A stretch of 32,000 nt of DNA from Gammaproteobacteria bacterium (GCA_965279305.1 OZ257143.1:1560001-1592000), one strand, 5' to 3'. Counted from the stretch's first letter, positions 16,703-25,360 are shown. Made by a program: numbers and translations. Notes: generated from the sequence alone by a model not told the origin.

Positions 16703-19700
16703 TCTGAATAAACCTTGTTTTTATTAAATAATCTATATATTTTTTTAAAAGATTATTATCTATGTTTGGATAAGCTAAATTTAACTTCTTAAATGCAACC
16801 CTGGTGTTATTATCACATACTTTGGATATTCCAGAAAGGCCTTCGTTCCATTCTATATTTGGATTCATATGTAATGATAATAAATTGAATAAAGCATTAT
16901 TCTCATCAATTTCAGCTAAATATTTACTTCTCCATTCACTGGAATCTACTATAGAAATAGGGAACCCATTGTTATTTAGGAACAAAATTAACTCTTTCCA
17001 AGTAATAGAATGGTTATTAGAAAAATTAAAAACATTTTTCTTAATGTCACTTTCTAATGAAATTTTTATAATTGATTCGGCCAAAAAATCCACCGGTAGT
17101 ATATTCAGTTCCATTTCCCAGTCAGGGGCTGCTTTCATTTGAATACAGCCTTTTAGCAAGAGCAGAAGATGATTTTTTTCGGAAGATACTCTTCCGGTCT
17201 GAGTATCCCCTAAAATCCAACCAGGTCGAAATATTTTAACAGCAATTCCCTTCAAATGGGCTACAGCCAATATCTTTTCAGAAGCCCATTTTGTTTGATT
17301 ATATCCATCTAATAAATGGGAAGAATTCGAAAAGTCTGGAATAAAGTCTTCAATTACTTCTTCTTCACTTATATATTCAACAACAGCTGATAGGGTAGAA
17401 ATATAACAGATTTTTTTTATTCTATTTAAAGTAGCTAATTTAATAACTTCGATTGTGCTTAAAACATTTTCTTGTCTAAGTATTTCATAACCATAAATGT
17501 GGTTTACATGAGCCGCATTATGGTATATGGCGTCAATTTTTTCAGTTAAAATAGAATAAGTTTCAGAAGATAAGCCAAGACAAGGAAGAGATATGTCTCC
17601 AAATAATGGTTTAATTCGATTTTTAAGCCTTAAATTCAAATCATATTTTTTTATGGTTTGATTTAATCGAACAACTGCTTGATCCATTGAGCTTGCTCTG
17701 ATCAAGCAATAAATATCACCCTCATATTCTCTTGATAAAGAAGCCAATAAATATGCGCCTAAAAAACCAGTGCAGCCTGTTATTAATATTGCGCCACCAT
17801 TTTTATTAGAGTGCTGACTATGTTTTCTTATATTGTATTTATTCCAGCTTATATCATCAGCTATAATTTTTTTACTTAATTCATCAATTTTTAAGTCTGA
17901 TTTATTGTAAATAATACGAGCCAGATAGGCAATTGTTGGAAACTTCAAAAATTCATGTATATTTAAATCAAAATTAAACATGCGCTTTACATCCAATATT
18001 AACTTGGTTAATAAAAGAGAATGACCTCCTAAATCAAAAAAATCATCCAAAACGCTCACTTTTTTCAAAAAAAATAATTTAGCCCATATGGTACATAACT
18101 TTTGTTCAATTTCACTGGATGGTGGCACATATTGAGATTGATATTCTCTTTTATCTTTATCTGGGAGAGGTAGTTTTTTGAAATCAATTTTACCATTTAA
18201 TGTTAATGGTATTTTATTAACTATTAAAAAAAATCGAGGGATCATGTAGTCAGGAAGGGTTTTTGACAATTCCCTTTTTATCTCTGATAAGACATTATTT
18301 CCAACCGATTTATCTTTAACTAAATATGCAATTAAATAATTTTCTTGGTTTTTTTCTTTAGCTTCGATTACCACGCATTGGAGAATATTTCCGTTTTTTA
18401 ATACAATTTTTTCAATACCCTCCAATTCAACTCTGTGGCCACGAATTTTAACTTGCTTATCAATTCGACCCAGATAATCTATCGTGCCTTCAGGTGTCCA
18501 CCTGGCAATATCCCCTGTCTTATACAAGCGATCATTCCCATTTTCTAAAAAAGGATTATTAATAAATTTTTCGTTTGTTAGTTCTACATTATTTAGATAC
18601 CCGATAGCCACTCCATCGCCCCCCGTAAATAATTGTCCAGGGACTCCAAGCGGAGTAGGGAGCAAATGCTCGTCCAGAATATATGCTGTAGTATTAGAAA
18701 TAGGTTTCCCTATAGGAATAGAATCAGAATAAAGATTGTTTTCACTCATTAAATAGGTCGTTGTAAAAGTAGTATTTTCTGTGGGGCCATATCCATTTAG
18801 TATATATTTTGGAGATCCCGCTTCGCATTGGATAAGTTTCTGCACTTTTTCAGGCTTAACAACATCACCGCCCACCAGCAAATAAGTTAAATTACTAAAC
18901 ATTTCAGGCATATTAGAAACATGCTCATGAAATAGAGGGGCAGTAAGGAACAAAATCGAGATTTTTTTATTTTTTAGAAAACGAGAAAATTTAATCGGGT
19001 TTAATAAGGAATCTTTGGAGACTTCTATAAGAGTTGCCCCATTTAAAAGAGCGCCCCATATTTCAAATGTAGCTGCATCAAAACTGATATTCGCGGCTTG
19101 TGCAACCTTATCGAAAGATTTTATAGAAATATAATTGGTGTTTTTTACTAGTCGGATAATTCCTTTATGGGTCACCATAACTCCTTTAGGTTTTCCGGTA
19201 GTACCCGAAGTGTAAATAATATAAGCCAATTGGCTTGAATCAAATGGGCACACTAAATTTTGAAAGTCTTCATTTTCAATATCGTGAGCCACTCCATCAG
19301 GAGAAATAATTTTTGAAGTAGTAATTTTTTTAATTACCTTAGTATATTTTTTTTTGACTAAAATTACTTCTGGTTTACAATCGGCTAAGATATTTTTTAT
19401 ATGCTCAATACCAGACATTGGATCTATAGGAATATATGAAGCACCAATCTTCAAAATGGCTAATAAATTAACAGCTAATGATAAATCATGGTCTGCCAAT
19501 ACCGCTATAAGACTATTTTTCCCACACTTGTTTTTTAACAAAAAATTAGCAAGTTTATTTGATTTTTCATTTAATTCTTTATATGTTAATGATTGACTAT
19601 TCGAAATAACTGCTTTATGGTCAGGGGTTTCTTTTACCTGTTCCTGAAAAATTTCAGTAATTGTTTTTTCCGATGGATAGGATGTTGTGGTTTTATTCCA

Positions 19701-21404
19701 ATCAAATAAAATTGATTGACATTCTTTTTCTGTTAAAAGAGATATTTGATCAATTTTATTTTTTTTATTATCCACTAAACTTTTCAATAAAATTGAAAAA
19801 TGTTGCGGAATATTATCTACAATCTGTTTCACGTATCTTCTCATTAATACTTCTTCATTAACTAGCCATGTTATTTTTCTACCATTCGTATTTATTATCA
19901 TAGCAACATCTGTGTTTAAAAGCCTTTCGATTTTTTCGATTGGATCATCAGTAATAAAAATACCAATTTGGGAGGCATGGATATAGTTACGTAAATCAGG
20001 GTATCGTTGCTGAATATCCTTTAAATATGATATGTTTTCAACAATTGATAAATAATGGGTATTAACTAAACTTACAGCTTCCCAAAAAGTTGTTTTTCCA
20101 TCTAGATCAACAAGAAAGGGAAGTGTTTCACTAAAAAAATCATTAATATTTTCATCTATACATTTTAATTTTGGATGGTATAAAAATATACCTAATGTCT
20201 CTTTATTGCCTAATTTATATAAATAAACCAACCAAATCGCTAATACTATCTGATAAAATTCCACCTCCGAAAATGCATTTTTAGCTTCTTCATAAATATC
20301 AATGGGTACAAATAAAGTATGTACAGTAATATATTTTTTATTCTTTAATATAGAGTTAGGCGCCTTAAGAAAGGGTAGGAGGGCAGGTTTAAAGCACCTT
20401 AGTTGCTTTACCCAAAAATATTCAAACTTTGATAAAGTACTACTTATTTTTTCAAATTCCTTTAAGTCATTGTCAGTAGGGCTGTTTAAGCGAACACCTA
20501 ATTTAAGATTATGTTTTTTAGCGACTTCTGCTAATGAGCAGGGCACACCTTCTATTGTTAAAATTTCAAATATTAATAGGTCATATGTTTTTGTGGAAAT
20601 CTGCCAATTATTTTCATCTAAATTTACCAATGTTCCAGGAAAATGCTTGGATTTTTCTGCTGTTATAGAACAATTTTTTATGGTAAATGCATCGCCTGAT
20701 ATTTTAAATTTTGTCAAACTTAATTGATTAATATAATGCCCCAATTCTAATGCTTTATATGTTTGTACTATTATTTCAGCAGATGAATTCCAGTTAATCC
20801 ATCCATTGCCAGGAGGCTTATGAAACACACTATAATAACTTCTTAATTCCAAGTTTTGAGGAGAAATTTGATATGCAGATTGTTCTAATTCTGGGATAAG
20901 TTTGGTAAATAATTTCACTCCTATCTGATAGCATTTCATGCTTAAACTAAAAGCCGTATCATTTTTTTCTATATTTATTTTTTCTTGTTTTAAAATACCT
21001 CCTCCATCGATCTGACTATTCATGATATGCCAAGTGACACCATGTGTTTTTTCATTATTAAGAATAGCCCATGAAGTAGGAAACAAACCTGCATATTGGG
21101 GTAGTAAGGCAGTATGAAAATTAATACTCAAAAATCTTGGTAAGCTTATGATATCGTCAGGAAGTATCTGGCTATTTATGATGCTAAATAAATAATCAAA
21201 TTCTTTTTTTAATAATGTTGGTTTAGCCTTTTCTATTGTTTTGAAACAAGGGATATTTTTTTCAGTAGCCCATTCTTGGATAGTATCAAGGGGAGATATA
21301 ATACCTAGACATTGCCATTTCCGTGATAGCAATATTTTTGCACAATCGATAAGCAAACTATCTTCTCCCACTAGAAAAAACTTCAGCGGAGCGGCATTTT
21401 TCAT
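16686..21404 (-). CDS. Single-module NRPS-like synthetase: formyltransferase-like domain, condensation-domain remnant, adenylation, PCP and thioester reductase domains
   Basis: F domain: INFHTALLPQYAG and QIDGGGIL. A1-A10 motifs include LTYKELN, AYIIYTSGTTGKPKGV, FDAATFE, NGYGPTENT, YKTGDIARW, GRIDKQVKIRGHRVELEGIE, LPDYMIP and NGKIDFKKL. PCP: FFDLGGHSLL. R domain: ILITGCTGFLGAYLL and YNQTK. Confidence 0.9.
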   Translation of the reverse strand: MKNAAPLKFFLVGEDSLLIDCAKILLSRKWQCLGIISPLDTIQEWATEKNIPCFKTIEKAKPTLLKKEFDYLFSIINSQILPDDIISLPRFLSINFHTALLPQYAGLFPTSWAILNNEKTHGVTWHIMNSQIDGGGILKQEKINIEKNDTAFSLSMKCYQIGVKLFTKLIPELEQSAYQISPQNLELRSYYSVFHKPPGNGWINWNSSAEIIVQTYKALELGHYINQLSLTKFKISGDAFTIKNCSITAEKSKHFPGTLVNLDENNWQISTKTYDLLIFEILTIEGVPCSLAEVAKKHNLKLGVRLNSPTDNDLKEFEKISSTLSKFEYFWVKQLRCFKPALLPFLKAPNSILKNKKYITVHTLFVPIDIYEEAKNAFSEVEFYQIVLAIWLVYLYKLGNKETLGIFLYHPKLKCIDENINDFFSETLPFLVDLDGKTTFWEAVSLVNTHYLSIVENISYLKDIQQRYPDLRNYIHASQIGIFITDDPIEKIERLLNTDVAMIINTNGRKITWLVNEEVLMRRYVKQIVDNIPQHFSILLKSLVDNKKNKIDQISLLTEKECQSILFDWNKTTTSYPSEKTITEIFQEQVKETPDHKAVISNSQSLTYKELNEKSNKLANFLLKNKCGKNSLIAVLADHDLSLAVNLLAILKIGASYIPIDPMSGIEHIKNILADCKPEVILVKKKYTKVIKKITTSKIISPDGVAHDIENEDFQNLVCPFDSSQLAYIIYTSGTTGKPKGVMVTHKGIIRLVKNTNYISIKSFDKVAQAANISFDAATFEIWGALLNGATLIEVSKDSLLNPIKFSRFLKNKKISILFLTAPLFHEHVSNMPEMFSNLTYLLVGGDVVKPEKVQKLIQCEAGSPKYILNGYGPTENTTFTTTYLMSENNLYSDSIPIGKPISNTTAYILDEHLLPTPLGVPGQLFTGGDGVAIGYLNNVELTNEKFINNPFLENGNDRLYKTGDIARWTPEGTIDYLGRIDKQVKIRGHRVELEGIEKIVLKNGNILQCVVIEAKEKNQENYLIAYLVKDKSVGNNVLSEIKRELSKTLPDYMIPRFFLIVNKIPLTLNGKIDFKKLPLPDKDKREYQSQYVPPSSEIEQKLCTIWAKLFFLKKVSVLDDFFDLGGHSLLLTKLILDVKRMFNFDLNIHEFLKFPTIAYLARIIYNKSDLKIDELSKKIIADDISWNKYNIRKHSQHSNKNGGAILITGCTGFLGAYLLASLSREYEGDIYCLIRASSMDQAVVRLNQTIKKYDLNLRLKNRIKPLFGDISLPCLGLSSETYSILTEKIDAIYHNAAHVNHIYGYEILRQENVLSTIEVIKLATLNRIKKICYISTLSAVVEYISEEEVIEDFIPDFSNSSHLLDGYNQTKWASEKILAVAHLKGIAVKIFRPGWILGDTQTGRVSSEKNHLLLLLKGCIQMKAAPDWEMELNILPVDFLAESIIKISLESDIKKNVFNFSNNHSITWKELILFLNNNGFPISIVDSSEWRSKYLAEIDENNALFNLLSLHMNPNIEWNEGLSGISKVCDNNTRVAFKKLNLAYPNIDNNLLKKYIDYLIKTRFIQNGKEN

Positions 21405-21580
21405 GTGATATTGATTCCTAAATTATCAACCGTTATGCAATGGTATTACCAGAATACTCAATTCTATCTTACGTAAGTTTAGCAAATCTGATAGTACATC
21501 ATTCTAGCGTAAAATAGGCTAGCGGTAACTGGATAAATATACTTATTCGAAGTCATTAGCTAATATAGTTTAATTACTTA

Positions 21581-21608
21581 ATTATACCTGTTGGTGACTA
21601 TCATTCAA
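21581..21608 (-). promoter_or_regulatory. Near-consensus sigma70 promoter TTGAAT-16 nt-TATAAT for the synthetase gene
   Basis: On the minus strand, TTGAAT is the complement of 21603-21608 and TATAAT the complement of 21581-21586. It begins 7 nt after the PPTase stop and implies a ~170-nt leader before the ATG at 21404. Confidence 0.5.
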
Positions 21609-21614
21609 TAGGTT

Positions 21615-22367
21615 CTATTGTATGATATTTGAGCAAGAGTGGTAGTAAATTTGATAATAAGAAGAGATCCCTTCATAAACTAGAGAGGCTTGATAATCCA
21701 TTTCTGCAGGTAATGGGATTAGCTGGTAAACGCTACCTTTAACAAATAAAATCCCTGGATTTATAACATTTAATGTATGTAATGGGTAAGTAAGCCCTTC
21801 GCCCATACATTTAATTAAAGCTTCTTTTCGTGTCCATATTTCAAAAAACGCTTTTTTCTGCTCTTGAAAGGATAAAGGTGATAGCATTTGGTATTCTTCT
21901 TCTGTAAATAACTCTTCGGCAATTACACCATAATCTATAATTTTTTTAATATATTCTACATCAATCCCCATCCTGTATTTTTTACCTACGGCTATCAGTA
22001 GGCAATTATTAGCATGTGAGATATTAAAGTGGATATTCTCGGTATTTTGAGAAGGGCTGATTTCAGGTTTTCCATATCGAGAATAGGCCATACGGATACT
22101 TTGTGGGGGCAGGTGGAGATAACTCCCTAATAAAATTCGCAAAATCCCTCTTGATAAAACATAATTTTGATAGGGTTCTTTTCGGGTATATGCGGATATC
22201 CTATCAAATTCATCAGGGCTTAAAAGTGGCTCCAATCTCGGAGTATAAGGCAGCAATTCATTAAACTTAATGCTCCATACATGTAATATGCCCGAAGAAA
22301 GTTCCGGGAATGGGGCGTTTAATTTTAATAGAGTGTTTAAGTCGACTTTTTGAATATTAAGGTTCAA
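21615..22367 (-). CDS. Sfp-type 4'-phosphopantetheinyl transferase
   Basis: Motifs YGKPEI, FNISHANN, GIDVEYI and WTRKEALIKCMGEGL. The track start is a TTG without an obvious RBS, so the start is uncertain. Confidence 0.85.
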   Translation of the reverse strand: MNLNIQKVDLNTLLKLNAPFPELSSGILHVWSIKFNELLPYTPRLEPLLSPDEFDRISAYTRKEPYQNYVLSRGILRILLGSYLHLPPQSIRMAYSRYGKPEISPSQNTENIHFNISHANNCLLIAVGKKYRMGIDVEYIKKIIDYGVIAEELFTEEEYQMLSPLSFQEQKKAFFEIWTRKEALIKCMGEGLTYPLHTLNVINPGILFVKGSVYQLIPLPAEMDYQASLVYEGISSYYQIYYHSCSNIIQ

Positions 22368-22526
22368 GATACTTTTTTTAATTGGCTAAAACCGCAAGAA
22401 TAGTGCTCGGCAGGATTTAGCCCAGTCTCCTCTAATTTTAGATTTTAATTATACCATGTAAGGTTGATTTTTTTCTTTAATATCTGGAGTAGCGGATTTT
22501 TCTGCAAGCGTTTTACACAGATTTGC

Positions 22527-22554
22527 TTGTAAAGTTGGTAGTTGATGATATGAT
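22527..22554 (+). promoter_or_regulatory. Possible promoter TTGTAA-16 nt-TATGAT
   Basis: Hexamers at 22527-22532 and 22549-22554, about 48 nt upstream of the ATG at 22603. Confidence 0.3.
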
Positions 22555-22602
22555 CTAGGTATATTCTTTATTTAAGAGCATCTAAGTTAAAGGAAATAAG
22601 AT

Positions 22603-23148
22603 ATGAATAACAAATTAAAAATTAGTTGCCTAGCTGCATTATCAATGATGTCTATAGCATGTATAGCAAATGCTGAAACAGCTCCTGAAAAACATATTGC
22701 TATTAAAAACTCTACCTCTAACATGTGTATAGCATTTAGCGCCACTGCAATTAATAGAGACGGAAATAAACTCGAGTTTGGTACTACAGAAGGGCAGTAT
22801 ATATGGCCAGGAGTATATTTCCTTACTGGCGCTGAATATGATGAAGTGTATTTAAGTAATCTAAAATTCTATAAAGTATCTGATCCCACCACATGCGCGA
22901 ATGCTGAGCTTGTAGCAGAATATAACTTTACTGATACACCCGACATGTGCAAAATTAAACCAGGCAGCATCAACGGTGGAATCATTGGCGCTCGAAATAC
23001 AATGCAAACCATTGATATTCATTATGATTTGATTTGGACAGGTGATAATCAAGGAAATACTTTCGCAGAAGGGATTTTATCTTGTGATAATGCTCATGCT
23101 TCTATTTATTATTCTAGCGACATCCCTGACAATATCATTACTGAATAA
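22603..23148 (+). CDS. Hypothetical secreted Cys-containing protein (181 aa)
   Basis: RBS AAAGGAAATAAGAT before the ATG. Signal peptide ...SMMSIACIANA-ET. No family recognised. Confidence 0.6.
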   Translation: MNNKLKISCLAALSMMSIACIANAETAPEKHIAIKNSTSNMCIAFSATAINRDGNKLEFGTTEGQYIWPGVYFLTGAEYDEVYLSNLKFYKVSDPTTCANAELVAEYNFTDTPDMCKIKPGSINGGIIGARNTMQTIDIHYDLIWTGDNQGNTFAEGILSCDNAHASIYYSSDIPDNIITE

Positions 23149-23153
23149 ACAAT

Positions 23154-23849
23154 ATGAACTCTAAACATCTGGAGTTTCATCGTATTGATCGTATTGGCTG
23201 GCTTCGTGCAGCTGTTTTGGGTGCCAATGACGGTATTATTTCAACAGCTAGCTTGTTGATTGGCGTAGCATCAGCCAATACCACTCATAGTGCATTATTA
23301 GTAGTAGGTGTTGCTGCGCTTATTGCAGGCGCTATGTCTATGGCAGCGGGGGAGTATATCTCCGTTAGTTCCCAAGCAGATATTGTAAACGCTGAAATCA
23401 AACGCGAAAAAATGGAATTAGCTGCTAATCCTCCAGGGGAAAAAGAAGAGCTAATTTCTATTTACATGAAACGTGGACTTGATCGTGCTCTTGCAACGCA
23501 AGTGGCTACACAATTAATCGCTGACGATGCCTTGGAAGCCCATATGCGTGATGAATTAGGTATTACTAATGCTGTGAGTGCACGCCCATTGCAAGCCGCT
23601 TTATCTTCAGCAGGTAGTTTTAGTTTGGGTGCTATTTTACCTATTATGGTTACGATTATTACGCCTATTTATTATTCAGTTCCTACTATTTTTATAAGCT
23701 CAATTCTTTCTTTAGCGCTATTGGGTGGTATCGCTGCCAAAATCGGCGGCTCAAAAATAAGTACAGGCGCGACTAGAGTCACCTTATGGGGAAGTATCGC
23801 CATGATAACCACCGCCGTCATTGGTTCCTTGCTGGGAACAGCCATATAA
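23154..23849 (+). CDS. VIT1/CCC1 family Fe/Mn transporter
   Basis: Signature WLRAAVLGANDGIISTASLLIGVASA, a second membrane block with MAAGEYISVSSQ, and C-terminal TM helices. It starts 5 nt after the upstream stop. Confidence 0.85.
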   Translation: MNSKHLEFHRIDRIGWLRAAVLGANDGIISTASLLIGVASANTTHSALLVVGVAALIAGAMSMAAGEYISVSSQADIVNAEIKREKMELAANPPGEKEELISIYMKRGLDRALATQVATQLIADDALEAHMRDELGITNAVSARPLQAALSSAGSFSLGAILPIMVTIITPIYYSVPTIFISSILSLALLGGIAAKIGGSKISTGATRVTLWGSIAMITTAVIGSLLGTAI

Positions 23850-23908
23850 CAGTAATTTTTTATGCATGGAGTTGAACCCACATAACCTATAAGTAATGGA
23901 TGCTTTAG

Positions 23909-23930
23909 GCGTGATAGCTCGTACTATCAG
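23909..23930 (+). repeat. Inverted-repeat site GCGTGATAG-ctcgta-CTATCAG upstream of the GT2 gene
   Basis: Arms GTGATAG/CTATCAG pair at 6 of 7 positions with a 6-nt spacer. The site shares the 9-mer GCGTGATAG with 25328-25336. Confidence 0.3.
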
Positions 23931-24111
23931 TCCTTGTATATAATCCTTTTAGCCCCCAATAAAAACTTGTTCTTTCTTAAAATCTCCTCACATCCCTAAT
24001 TTGTCCTATATTTGAATTAAATATGGCGTGTGTTATCATCCTCTTACATGATAGTGTCAGCAGCCATCGTCATTGACAGATAAGCGAGAGGAAAGCCAGC
24101 GAGTCAAAACT

Positions 24112-25326
24112 ATGCTTGATCACCATACCCCGTCTATCTCAATTTTAATCCCTTATTACAATGATGAGCAATTTTTACAAGCATCAATTCAGTCCGTATT
24201 AAATCAAACATTTAAAAATTTTGAACTTATATTACTTGATCATGCCTCTACTGACTCAAGCTCTAAAATTGCTCACTCATTTACAGATCCTCGCATTAAA
24301 CATATAAAGATGCCTTTTAATATTCATGGAGGTGGAGGACTTCTTTTAAAAGAGTTTTTATCCATGGCACGTGGAAAATATACAAAACTTTTTTGCGCAG
24401 ATGACTTAATGTATCCAATTTGTCTTGAAACATTGGTAAATTGTTTAGAAGAAAATCCAAATATATCAGCCGTTTTTTCTGATCTTGATTTAATCAACGA
24501 AAAAGGTGAAAGTAAAAATAAAACGTACTGGAAAATGATAGAGAGCCAAAACAAAAGTTACCCAGAACGTTTTTCTAAGAAAGCCATTTTAGCTATGAAT
24601 GATGCTCAAAAATTAAGAGAATTATTTTATGAGCATAATCCTTTTCCCTACCCTAGCAATATGATTGTAACATCGGTATTGCGCACTCTTAACGTAGATA
24701 ATGTTATTTTAGCTAATTTTGATTATATTCTATGGGTTCAATTTTTGACTGCTGGATATAAAACGATATTTATTTCAGAGTCACTTGTACAATATAGAAT
24801 ACATGCTAAACAGCAAAGCGGCGCTCATGTAGGCAAGGTTGTTTATAATAGAGTGAAATTTGAAAGATTATTTTGGGCTTTCTATTTTGCAGATGTAAAA
24901 TATTTTAAAATTATTAAAGAAGCTTTGTATGATGTGAAACAAATCAAAATGCTAGATGAAAATGATCAAGATTTATATGCTTTTGCAATATATAATTTTA
25001 TCTATGACTCACATCATTTAAAAACGAGCAAAATATCTGCAATGATGGGTATTTATCATATCTTGCAAAATGATGAATCGCGTCGAAAAATAGAAGAAAA
25101 ATTTGGATTTAATGTGGGAAATTTTCGCATGATGATGTCCGAAATCATTCTTTCAGACGAATCTAATAGGCTTAACATTAAAACACTATTAAAAAAAATA
25201 GTGGCGAAGATCCGAAGAATAATGCATAGGTTTATAAAAAATAAAATTAGGCACAGCAGTCCTCTAGTTTCGCCTACTACAAACGATGAGGCTCCACCTC
25301 TAGCAAGACAAATCGTGATTAAATAA
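24112..25326 (+). CDS. Family 2 glycosyltransferase with a long C-terminal extension
   Basis: ISILIPYYNDEQFLQASIQSVLNQTFKNFELILLDHASTDSS and FCADDLM (DxD-like). The track ORF starts at TTG 24073. The first ATG is 24112, and either start is possible. Confidence 0.8.
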   Translation: MLDHHTPSISILIPYYNDEQFLQASIQSVLNQTFKNFELILLDHASTDSSSKIAHSFTDPRIKHIKMPFNIHGGGGLLLKEFLSMARGKYTKLFCADDLMYPICLETLVNCLEENPNISAVFSDLDLINEKGESKNKTYWKMIESQNKSYPERFSKKAILAMNDAQKLRELFYEHNPFPYPSNMIVTSVLRTLNVDNVILANFDYILWVQFLTAGYKTIFISESLVQYRIHAKQQSGAHVGKVVYNRVKFERLFWAFYFADVKYFKIIKEALYDVKQIKMLDENDQDLYAFAIYNFIYDSHHLKTSKISAMMGIYHILQNDESRRKIEEKFGFNVGNFRMMMSEIILSDESNRLNIKTLLKKIVAKIRRIMHRFIKNKIRHSSPLVSPTTNDEAPPLARQIVIK

Positions 25327-25327
25327 A

Positions 25328-25360
25328 GCGTGATAGTAGATATATCAATCTCATGATATA
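25328..25360 (+). repeat. Cluster of TGATAG/TATCA inverted repeats between the GT2 gene and the recombinase gene
   Basis: GCGTGATAG-tagata-TATCAA is followed by a perfect inverted repeat TATATCA-atctca-TGATATA. Confidence 0.3.

Noticed and set aside
16804-20727. Several 66-141-aa plus-strand ORFs inside the synthetase gene (16804, 18484, 19354, 19661, 20302)
   Set aside because: They are antisense to a gene whose A, T and R motifs are continuous and intact. They are low-complexity and AT-driven with no start signals. The same applies to 1408, 2759, 4547, 5711, 8621, 10362, 13152, 14784, 15705, 22861, 23672, 24324, 25056, 25718, 25828, 26510, 28163, 30708 and 31728.
23862-23886. tRNA-like T-arm fragment (minus strand GTGGGTTCAACTCCATG) downstream of the VIT gene, possibly an att remnant of the nearby recombinase
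   Set aside because: The stem halves do not pair properly (GTGGG versus CCATG). No acceptor or anticodon arm can be built around it. I found no second copy, so it is too weak to call.
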